Origin: Phoronis australis
Lineage: Eukaryota > Animalia > Phoronida
NCBI GenBank assembly: GCA_002633005.1
Contig: NMRA01000073.1
Coordinates: forward strand, 124,001 to 188,000
Length of the DNA: 64,000 nt
Reading direction: 5' to 3'
Below the pieces are notes generated by a model that worked only from the letters and a program-made list of their open reading frames with translations, did no database searches and had not been told where the DNA came from. Shown here one piece after another: positions 41,201 to 53,200 of this stretch. Every line of letters starts with the position of its first letter. Positions within the stretch are counted from its first letter, which is position 1. The position numbers were made by a program, and so were the translations under genes.

Positions 41201-44200
41201 ATTATCAGATTTGTAGGTTGGTAATAACTGTCAAAATGTTTAGTAATTTAAAACACTACGAACGATTTGGCTTAATTGTTTAGGTTGCTTTGAATAGCCA
41301 TTTTAGTTTTATTTGACCGAGTCCAAAAGGTCAAAATGACACACTACTAAACAATTGGTCAAATTAGAGTAGTCTTGAATGAGACTATTTTACATGTATT
41401 AGGCCTACCAAAGGTCATTTTATTGATTGATATTGACCATCACACTCTAAGATTATCCCATAGTTTAAAGGCACTTTTGTTTTCTCTTCAGCGTCCTACT
41501 TCGTGACATGGGGAGCTCGGGGTGACTCTGTCCCCGCCCCTGGTGCCCCTCTACCACCAAATGGAAAACCATTGGGCAAGCTGACTGCTGGTGACTTCAA
41601 GAGTGTGATTGAGAAAGGATTGACCATGTATAGTAAGTTCTAAGGGTCGACTTTTCTATCTTTTGTTCCATACATTAAACAAATAGATGGTTCAGTTAAC
41701 AGGATTTTGATAAGGATTCGTCTTGAATGTAATTGATGATGGTGATACTAAGTTCTGCAAATTATAGTAAATGGTGCTTTGAATTAATTTTTTTTCTGAT
41801 TTCACATTTCTGACTTCGCTTGAATACTGTTTCCATGCTGCCATTCACATTTCAATTTTCTTCATTTTTTCAGGTCGAGAGAACCGTGATCTTGACTTAC
41901 TTATCTTTCACGAGGTGCTTGACAACATGGCTCACGTAGACAGAGTGCTTACCATGCCTGGGGGGTCACTCCTGATGGCTGGTCGGTGTGGTGTTGGACG
42001 ACGCACTGCTGTAACACTGGTCTCTTTCCTGCACCAGATGACCTTGATCTCACCAAAGGTCGCGCGTGGTTACGGACTGAAAAACTTCAAGAATGACTTG
42101 AAGACTGTAAGTCAGACCTGGGAAGTTTTGATATTGATGGGGAAATTTTACTGGCAGCCATCTGTTAGAACTCTTAAGTCTGTTATTAGAAATAGTGCAG
42201 GTGTTCTGATACGTGTTGCATTAGACGTCATGTATGGAGGTCACGTAGCTGTGCCTATTGTACCAAACACCTCAAGCCACTCTTTCTTTTATATTAACAG
42301 TAACACAATAATACATAAATTAAAACGAAGCTGAGGAGCTAGATACCTGACTCAAGGGTCCAGCAGTGGGGTCCAGTAGGATTCGAACCTACGACCTTGT
42401 GAACATGAGGCAGACACTCAACCCATTGAGCCGCATTGCCTCCCCAAGTCTCTTATTAATATTTGCTTTCATTGTACACGACGTCATCTACTCCTTGTCC
42501 AGTTAAATTGAGCTGAGGTGAAAAAATTGATTAGCAATTCAGGTAAAGTGAATTGTGTTACCTCTGAGCTTTCCACATCCCGAAATTTTTTTGACATTTT
42601 GTTACATTTTTACTAACATTTGTCAGTTTTTTATACCTTCAAATATTACTTGGCTCTGTAGGCCAAACCACCCATGTCTGTTTGGCTGCTCTTTTTCAGG
42701 TGATGCAGGTGACAGGTATTGAGGGGGAACAGGCGGTCCTGATGCTGGAGGACCATCAGGTCACTGACCCCACCTTCCTTGAGCTAATCAACAGTCTGTT
42801 GTCTGCTGGTGAGGTGCCGGGGCTTTACACCCCTGAGGAGCTAGAGCCCTTACTGGCCCCTCTCCGGGACCAGGCGTCCGAAGCTGGATTTAGGGGACCG
42901 CTATTCAGCTACTTTGCATCACGTATGTTGTTATACTGTTTAGTCATCCCTGACTTGGTGTTTTATTTAGAATAAGTTTTTGAAGGTGTCTTTCCAACAG
43001 CTTCCCATGGTAGAATGGAAAACTTAATTCGTGGGTTTTCATCCATGTTGTGGTGATTGTGGGGTGTTGTGAACTTTGTTGGATGTTAGTAAGGTGTTGT
43101 GGCACCTATACACTTCCATAAAGTGCCACCTGATCACGCTGAAGTTAAATCTCACCTCCTAAAACTCCAACCTGTGGAACGTAGACCCAAGAACCTTGCT
43201 AAAAGCAAGATTATACAGGACTTTGATAGTCAAGCATTACAAGCGAAGTACGTGATCATAGCATTACTCAATAAATTCTTGTATTTAATGAACGCAACCC
43301 AGGTTTTCAGACATCTCCAAGTTATCATTGATCTCAAGAGATGTTTACTAGCTGACAACCATCCAACAATGTATTTCCTTGTGAGTAGGTTTTGCCTTAT
43401 ATAATGTACAGAATTGACAAATGAATTTTGGTGATGTTAACAGTCAGACTGATGCACTCTATTTCTCACCGTTTCCCAGCTCACCTTATGTTGAAACTTC
43501 ACAGGCTCATTTAGGATAAAATGATTGTGGAAAGTATAGAGTGATCTCACATGTAACATACACAGTCACAAACATTTTCCAGGTATTCAAACAAACCTGC
43601 ATGTCGTGTTGATCATGGACTCCACCAACTCTAGCTTCACTTTAAATTGTGAGAGTAACCCTGCTTTCTACAAACAGTGTGTTGTTCAGTGGATGGCTGG
43701 ATGGAGTAGAGAAAGCATGGTCAGGGTAAGTTAGCACAAACTAACACATTGCATGGTGAACAGATTTTTTGTGTAATGTTTTGGGGGACAGAGATTGTTG
43801 TTAAGATAAAACCTGGAATAATATCAGTCACATAGTGATTAGACTTGGCTTGTATACACAATGGTCTTCTTAGAATTTCTGTCATTTGTGCTTAAGTATG
43901 TAGTGCTTTGCCAATAAGAGAGTAGGATATCTTGTATTTTGTATACACACAGGTCCCTAAACTTCTGCTCACCAAACCACCCAAAGAAGATGGCGCCTCC
44001 CTGACTGAGCGTACGCACAAGAAGAAGATATCTGGAGGGGACGAGTTACTCAAAGGGTTCTTACACATTCATGAGTCATGTAGTCCGGCCAGTGCCACAC
44101 CGCGGCGCTACATGTCCTTCTTACACACGTACATGCATGTGTACAACAATAAGAAGGGTGGCATTGAACAGAGGCAGCACCATCTTCAGGTCTGTGCAAG

Positions 44201-47200
44201 AATTATCATTGATTTTGTTTCATTTCACGTTGAGGCTGTCTAATTGGATTATTGTGTTGAAACTTTTTCTTAGTTTCTTCTTCAGCCAATATTTTCGTAA
44301 TTATGGAAACGTCTTCTTTATTGGGTAATTTGAGGTGCACCTAAGTATAAATTTCTAAGTCACAATTTTACTCTGGTAATTTATGTATTCTGAGGCCTAC
44401 CAGTTTCAATGTACCTGACTTTTGACCTATATGGTCATCATAATGGGATTTAAGTTTCCCAATGTGTCATGGTCTGCAGCGTGTACTCTAACTGATTGAC
44501 ATGTCATAAGTGTCAGTATTCAATTTTATCATAGTTGTGAAATACTTGTTACCTTCAGGCTGGTGTGTCTAAGTTGAACGAGGCCAAACAGTTGGTTGAT
44601 GAACTGAAGCTGAAGGCTAATGAACAGAGCTTGCTGCTGAGTGAGAAACAGGCAGAGGCTGACCAGGCCTTGAAGCAGATCACGACTAGCATGCAGGTGC
44701 TGTGTCATGCCTTATCCTAAACGTCATTATATTTGAGATATCAGCATGTTATTGAATCATATGGTGCATTATTTGTGCTGAGTGTGGGTTGAAAATAGAC
44801 ATGGTGTGGTAAGGTCACCTATATACTGAAGGAATATACAGAGGATGGTGAATGTTATTGGAAAGCAGTAATTTTATCTATTTATTTTGTAAAATTCTTA
44901 ATTTAAATTGTTTTGGGAACCAATATCATGGTTATGCAAATTCGACAATTTGGAAGTCCTCTGAGGATTCTGTTTCCAAAACGTAGACTCAGAAGAGTTC
45001 AATTCTCACTCTTTTTTGTTGTTATTGTATTTTAGATTGCCCTTTATGTTGTGAACATGGTTTGAATTTTCCTTTTCAGGAAATCAATTTTAATGTAATT
45101 TAGACATTGGGAAGCCTAGTCTTCAATCTCTAAAACACTTGTTTCATTCAAAGTATTTGAGTTCAGAATTCTTCTCCTATTTGTGTTAGTCTTGTGTAAC
45201 CTTGATGCTTTATTGACCATGCTCATGAAGGGTGTATGCACCCACACATAAACACAATTAATTTGACTGCATGTTGTCATCATGCTGTCTGAGTGTCTGC
45301 TTGTCCGGGTGTCCGCTTGATATTTCAAAAACCCCTGGTTCAATCTTGATGAAATTTGGCACAAATGGGACTCTTTTCAATCTGACCCCTCCTTCCCCTC
45401 TGCAGGGGGATAGGGCCTTTCAATGTTTTTTGGGAAGAGTGTTTCTGGATGAAATCACTGCAGTGCCCTCCAGTGGTAATTTAGGTCTCAACATGGAGCT
45501 TTTTAGTGCTTTTGTGAGTAAGGGTATTTCTCGATGATATTTAGAAAACTAATGGACAGATTTCAAGAAAACTTGAAACAGAGATGTGTGACAGCAGTGC
45601 GCCGCCACCAGTTGATTTTCAGATGCATTGAACCTGTGCAGCCATTGTGGTCTTGAGGGTGTTTTCACTATTTTTGAAGAATGAGTGTTTCCCGATTTCT
45701 AGAGAACAGAATGTCTGACAGATTTCAATGAAACTTGATGTTGGGGTATGTGATGGCAATGTGGTGGGACAAGTAATTGTTTGGCGGATTCATCCACTGT
45801 AGTACCCCCTTGGTGGCCATCTGTCTGGTTGTCCTGTTGCCCAGTTGACTGTTTGGTATCTCATAATCCCTTTGTCATACATTGTATTTTGATGAAATTT
45901 GGCACGTGACGGTGTTGGGCATCACTATGGTGGTGCATGCCTCTTTTCAATCTGTCTCTGCCTCGGAGCCGTAGGGAGACTTTTTCAGCATTTAGGTAGT
46001 ATTTTATGGGCAAGAGTGTTTCCTGATGATATGCAGAGAACTGACTGACAGATTTCAATGAAACATAACACCAGGATTTGTGATGTCAGTGGTCCATCAA
46101 AAGTCAATTTTTGGGCAAATTTGTCCTCAACAGCACCCTTTAATGGTCATTTTGATCTTGGCAAGGGGCTGTTTTAGTGTTTTGGGAAGAAGAGCGCATC
46201 CAGATGACTGTTGCTGGTACCAGTTGCTTTTTGGGAAGTTTTTACTACTACAGCACCCCCTAGTGGCCTTTCCATTTTGAAGATGATGGCAACTACCAGG
46301 TTTGAGCAGATTCCAACAAGTGTTGTGCCCGATGTGATTTTGTGTTTAGCTTTGTATTAATTCGCAAACCACATGATTGTTCTTTATGATAAGAAATAGA
46401 CTAAACCTGCACATTTGTGGATGCCAAGCGCTGTTTCTCTGTGTGGTGTGTTTTATTTTGTTGTTGTAAGTATTGAAAACTATTTTTTTGATATGATGTT
46501 AGTTTTAAAACTGGAAGTACCAACAACCTTTTGTCAATTCTGACTGATGTGGTCAAATTGTTGTCTCCTTGTACCTTACATGAAACTGATACAATTGTCC
46601 CCAGAAACTTTACCATTCCTAGTGCATTGTAGGCTAGTATCAACACTTTGTATTGCTCTTGTTTCTACAGGATGCCAGCGAGCAGAAGAGTGAGATGGAG
46701 GTTCTAAAGGGGAAGGCAGCAGAAGAGAACGTCAAGCTAGAAAAGCGCAAGAAGGCCATTGACATCGAGCTGTCAGAGATCGCTCCGCTCGTCGAGGAGG
46801 CCAAATCCGCCGTGGGTAACATCAAACCAGAGTCGCTATCAGAAATCAGAGCTCTGCGTGCTCCACCTGACGTCATCCGTGACATTTTGGAGGGTGTNAT
46901 ATAATGCTTCGCGGTTTCTGGGTTTGTTGTTATTTCTTTGTATGTTCTGTGTATCCTTCAATGAATATATATCACAGTGAAAAAACTACCAGGTTTGAGC
47001 AGATTCCAACAAGTGTTGTGTGTGATGTCATTTTGTGTTTAGTTTTGTATTATTTGTCAAACCACATGATTGTTCTTTATGATAAGAAATAGCTAAACCT
47101 GCACATTTGTGGATGCCAAGTGCTGTTTCTCTTTGTGGTATGTTTTATTTCATTGTTGTAAGTATTGAAAACTATTTTTTTTGATATGATGTTAGTTTTA

Positions 47201-50200
47201 AAACTGGAAGTACCAACAACCTTTTGTCAATTCTGACTGTTGTTGTCAAATAGTTGTCTCCGTGTACCTTACATGAAACTGATACAATTTCTAGTACATT
47301 GTAGGCTAGTATCAACACTTTGTATTGCTCTTGTTTCTACAGGATGCCAGCGAGCAGAAGAGTGAGATGGAGGTTCTAAAGGGGAAGGCAGCAGAAGAGA
47401 ACGTCAAGCTAGAAAAGCGCAAGAAGGCCATTGACATCGAGCTGTCAGAGATCGCTCCGCTCGTCGAGGAGGCCAAATCCGCTGTGGGTAACATCAAACC
47501 AGAGTCGCTATCAGAAATCAGAGCTCTGCGTGCTCCACCTGACGTCATCCGTGACATTTTGGAGGGTGTGCTAAGGCTGATGGGTATCTATGATACTTCT
47601 TGGGTCAGCATGAAAAGGTACAATATTAGGGTACTCAACTGAAGTGCACTGTGGGAAGTATAGCATTCAGTTATTTGAGTGTAATTTGTCTTTGTCTAAT
47701 GTGGACATTGAAATCTCTTCTTTAAGATATTACAATTAAGATGTGGCAGAGAATGTTGTTTATGATAAAATCTTAACAATTTAGGACCCACGATATGTTG
47801 GACATTTCAAGTGAATTTCTGTTTCATTTTTATGAAAGATGATTATCACCAGATGTATGCTGTTATCAGTTTTTAAGTTTTTATTATTTACCACCAGTGA
47901 TGGGTTTTAGAAATTATGGACATTTGCAACTTTTTGAATGATTAAAGAATTGATGTCAGCATTTCTTGTCACATGTTGATGAGACTTTTTGTTGGGAATT
48001 CATGAATCAGGCAACCAGTGAGTACATAATATCCTTATTGTGTTGTTTTTTGATAATGATGTCTTTCTGTTAAACCCATTTTTTGAGGAGAAAATATCAT
48101 ACGTGTATTTTCTGCATTTAATTGTTTGTCTCTTTTTTGCTTAATAGCTTTTTGGCCAAGAGAGGCGTTAAGGACGAGATCCAGTCATTTGATGCCAGGA
48201 AGATTTCTCCTGAAATTCGAAAAAATGTGGAAGATCTGTTGCAAAAACGTGGCGACTCCTTCACTCCAAAGGTATTGACTGTGCAATGAACTGAATGCAA
48301 TGTATCAAATGACCTTAAAAATGTGATAGTATGGTCATGTTGCATATTACTAAGACTTGAAATCACATCCCAGAAAAGGTAGTTTTCACTATCTTTTTGT
48401 ATTTTTCTCAGTAATTCAGATAAAAACATTCTCCATGAAAATGATATATAGTGGAAACATGGGCAAACACGTTTTGTCTGTATTTGGGTGAAAGAATTGT
48501 GTTTAAAACATTTAAATTGACAGAAGACAGGAGGCTGGGCTATAACACTTTGTCTGCTCATAAAATGAGAGGGTTTTGTGATTAGCAAACACTAACAAAA
48601 ATTAAAATGCTGATTTCAGATGGCCAAACGAGCGTCTGTAGCAGCTGCCCCACTGGCTGCGTGGGTGACTGCCAACGTCAAGTTCTCCTACGTTCTGGAA
48701 AAGATTGAACCCCTGGAGGAAGAACAGTCTCAACTTAAGAAGTGAGTACTCTTCACATTCAAGAATTGCTTTTGAATGTGCACAATGCACAATGGGTCCT
48801 AAAGATTGGAATTTCTAGGATTTCAAGGGATTGCCAGCCATCCACTTGCTACTAATAAAGCAGAACATACGGTGAATCTTCTGCATTTTGTCTAAATATT
48901 TGTGACTTGTGCTGCACATCTTGTTATAGCCATGGACAAATTTTTCTTAAATTCATTGTTCAGTCTCCATGGCACAATTGTCAAATTTTACCTCTCCATT
49001 TCTTAGGAATCTACAGAAGGCTGAAGCCAAGATGGAAAAACTTGGCAAAGCATTAGCGGAAGTCGATCAAAAGGTGGCAGCACTGAGGGACCGCTTTGAG
49101 AAGTTCACGGCAGAAGCAGCCAAGTTGAAAATAGAACTAGAAAAGGAGATGGAGATCATTAACTCAGCAGAGACCCTGGTGGGCAAACTGGAAGGTGAAT
49201 ACAAGCGCTGGAGTGACCAGGTAAGCAGGTTGTCTGGGCAGGAGTCATGTCATTCAACAATGCACTCTGCATATTATCATTCGTCCAGATGAATTACATG
49301 AAGATGTGAATCATGACTTCTGGTACTTACTGAAAAATAGTTTTCCTGACATTGCCGAGCTGCCTGGCTCCTTCTACTTGGGATTGATGACTGACTGGTT
49401 GTTATGAAACTTCATCGCCCTCTGCCGAGGTTCATAGATAACTTCAAGGCCCTGGACCATGAGATGGACAAACCTAAATCTGACCCCTCCATCTCTATTC
49501 AAAGAGGGGAAACTATTTTACAGTAAGTTCCTGACATTAGCATCTTATAAAAGCTTTGTGTTTTTCAGGGTCCTTGATTTGAAATTAATGCTCACAGTTT
49601 GCCAAAAAACTTTGACTCTTTTGCCATTCTACATAGTAAAACAGTTGCTGTACTTTGAGTAGGCTTCAGTCATCTTGGCAAATAAATAGTATAAATGCAT
49701 TGTGTATGATACATGAAACAAGAACTAGCTTAGTTCCTGTTCCTTCTGTAGTTGCGCTCTTATATATTCTATTTTTGGTGTTTAATGTCATTGTTTTTGT
49801 TTCACGTATCATACAATCATAGCATTTGTAATTTTAAATTTATTTTCAAAAATTCCTGGATAACTGAAGTCTAGTTACAGCAACTGTTTTACTATAAAAT
49901 AATTTGTACTGTATTTTATTTTATAAGTACTCGTGCATTTGTGTTTGTGATCTACTATTTCAACTGCCATCTGATGACATTTAATGTAGACAATACGAAA
50001 GTTTGTTGAACAAACTATCTTCTAAGGCCAAGAACAGCTTACTTTTTAATGAAGGTCTGCTACCAAAATACAGATATTTGTATAATGTCTAATTTATGTA
50101 TATGTATATAATATAGAAGTGTCATCAGTATTAAGCATTACTATATGGTAGGAGAAGACCTAGAAAAACATCCCCAGCTGGTCACTTGATGCATGTCAAT

Positions 50201-53200
50201 CAACTGGTTGCAGGCGGAACATTGCATTTTTATGGCTGTATAATGCTTGAACTAGAAACTTTGTAAGTGCATTGGAGTGATTTAAAATAGACACAAAAAT
50301 CAAGGTATTTATTTGTAATTGTTACCCTAGGTTGGTGAGTTGGCTCAAGAACTGAGTGAATTACCAAAGAGGGCGCTGCTTGCTGCTGCCTTTCTGTCAT
50401 ACATGTCTACTGAACCTGAAGATGTTCGTAAAGCTAACCTTGAGAAATGGATGGAGATGTTGGGTATGTGATATATCCTCCGCATTTCATACACATGTAC
50501 AGGTTTGAACAGATCTGACTACCACTGTGCCACCTAGTGGCAGTTTTATTTTTTATGTTTTCATCTGTATCTTTAAAGTTTCTTGACTGATATTCATGAA
50601 ATTTGTCATTGATGTAGGTTTCTGTTAGAGAGACATTGGCACCTTCCCATTTTTCAGATAGATTCTAGATAATGTACACCACCTAGAAATCATATTTATT
50701 ATTTTCAATTTGGTTTTTGGTGTCCGCCTCTTTATTGGTCAAACCACTGTCATGTGTTCCTACTGGGAAGGCACAGCTGGTGGTGATTTTTGGATTGTTC
50801 GGACTACTGTGACATCCCCTAGTGGCAATTTCGTTTTTGCCTACCAAGTTCCTTAATGGATACCTTTTAATATCTCATTCTGCAATTTTTTAAACTGCAC
50901 GTCAATATGTAAAATGATATATAAAATTGTTTGCCAGAACAAAAATTTGCCTATTGCTCAAAAAAGATTTCAAGATGAAGGTTATAACTTTGGAAGTGAT
51001 GACTGGATAAATTTATATTCATTGAAAATAAAGTTTTAAATTGGATACTTTTGCTATCAAAATATCTTATTCACGTATCTAAGTGCAAAAAATAATCCCC
51101 AGTTTCTGTCATTTCCTTAAGATATTAGAAAGAGAATTTTATATTTAAGAGGAATTTTATTAAATAGTGGTAATTTAGAAGAATACCAGGCAACCTGGAG
51201 AAACTGGTGAACCATAACTTTTTCCCGACAACATCCTTGCTACAGTGGGTGGGTATGTTGAGGGGGGCAGGTGCATGTGTGCGTTCATGCGTGCGTGTGT
51301 TTTAGGAGTGAGAGCGGCTTGCATTTTTTGTCTTTCATGTCTTTATACCAGTAATAATAATAATAAAAATTTCCTTGAATGATCTTAATGACATTAATAG
51401 GTATTTGTCTCTATTGAGGAGAGTACAACTGACAATGGTTTTTGGATGAATCCGATTTCTGTCAAGTCCCCCTAATGTCAATTATGGTTTTCTTTACGTT
51501 TGCCTTGATATCTATCAAGTTCCTTGATGGATATTCATGACATTTTGAGAACAAGTTATAGTCTAGTAGACAACAGAACCTACTCCACTTCACACGGATT
51601 AGACCTACCCCTTGTGACCTTTTATTTTTTGTGCTTGTTTTTTTTGATGTCTGCCTCCCTGTTCTCCAAACTGCTTGAAGGATCATGATTGCAAGTGTTT
51701 TCTTACTGACTACAGCATTCTTTGTTGAATTGCTGTAGTCCCCCTAGAGGCTATTTTAAGTTCACTAGCATTGCTCCCTTTAATGGGAATGTTCGATCAT
51801 TCCTTGTATCGGTATGTGATGCACATGATGAGAGCTTATTAAGTGCTTTGTTGTTATAATCATCAAGAAGCTGCCAAACAAACACCCTACTCGCATGTAA
51901 TCCTTTCTTGTCTGACTTCTAGGTGTTGGTAACTTTGACCTTCGTCGTTTCTTGAGTACTGAGAGCGAACAATTGATATGGAAAAGTGAGGGTCTGCCCT
52001 CTGACACTCTGTCTGTGGAGAACGCTCTTGTAATCCTACAGGTACATAACAGATATATCATCAATTGGGGTATCATATTTGAATGATTGAAAAAGTGTCT
52101 CCTGTTATCAGTATAATTATTTTTGAGTTGTTCAATACACAAGCTCAAAAACTATAATGACTGTATGTTAAACATGTTTAGTCTGGAACAGTTTCTTTTA
52201 ATAATATGACTTAGTAGTAACAGTGCATTTTCCTGTTTCTAAAATTGTATTTTTTCTGAAAAGCTACGGACTATTATATATTTTTTCAATCCAAAAATTT
52301 TGACAGTTTTAGGTTTCAAAAAAGTGGTTGTAGTCTAAACAGTAATATTTAAAAAATAGATAGTTCCGTCCACAAAAATTAGACATTTTGTACTGACTTG
52401 TTTAAAATTATATTGTCTTTAAAAATTTGTTTTGAACTTTGTGAAGGTTATTTGAAGAGAACACTTAAGTATGGGCTTCAGATGATCAATAAGAGAGACA
52501 GTTATTTCATTTTTTTGTTGCTTATTAATAATTTCTTGCTTTTGACATTACTGAATTAGGTAAAAATTGATCCTCTTTTTTAAAAGCTCACGCCCTACAT
52601 TATTCTTAAGTTAACTAATCAGAGAAAGTAACATGATATGAACTTCTTCTTTATGGTTTAATATTTTACTGTTTTATCTGCGCACTGTAGACCAACGACA
52701 TGATTGCGGGGGTAGGTAGTAAGATGAGTTGTGTGCAGTACTCTATGTCTGTCTTCAACCCTTCCCTGTGTTATACCTATGGACACAATGATCATTGCTT
52801 TGCAATTTGCTTTTTTTGAAAGGATGTCATTTTTGCTTTGGGAAGCTCTCGTCATTTCGAAGAATTTTGTCTGAATATTGGAAAATGATGTGCGAAGGGC
52901 TAATTTTCAATAATTGATTTGTGTTTTATTGTTGGATGAATATGATGCGTTAACGAAATTTGTTAGTTATAGATGCTCGTGTTTGGACCTAACGATGGAC
53001 ATTTCATCAAATATTATGTCCCTATTTTGTCTGCGTCTCATCAAATATGAATTTGGCATTTGCTACCATGTTACACACCCACTATGTTTAATAAGAGACA
53101 TCCTCTTGGCCATGTTAAGTTCTCTCATTCTGCATCCATTTTAAATTAATTGTAAATTTTGATTTCCTCTGTGATATTTCTTACTGATGGTTTGACTAAC

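Noticed and set aside
42370-42446. tRNA-Met(CAT) gene on the - strand
   Set aside because: Acceptor and anticodon stems pair poorly, and the downstream sequence is shared with another dispersed copy, so this is a SINE head.
43099-43404. 101-aa intronic ORF ([11 protein letters not shown]...)
   Set aside because: Non-ATG start, no recognisable domain, and not needed for dynein continuity between exons 46 and 47.
46671-46897. Mutually exclusive duplicated exon or pseudo-exon
   Set aside because: Truncated exactly at the N, no donor site, allelic-level divergence; an assembly artefact is more parsimonious.
8787-47557. Many short - strand ORFs antisense to dynein exons
   Set aside because: Shadows of the + strand coding frame, with no independent gene structure.
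49383-49412. Hammerhead-like core ttgatga...gaaac
   Set aside because: Lacks the CUGAUGA core, and I could not build stems I and III.
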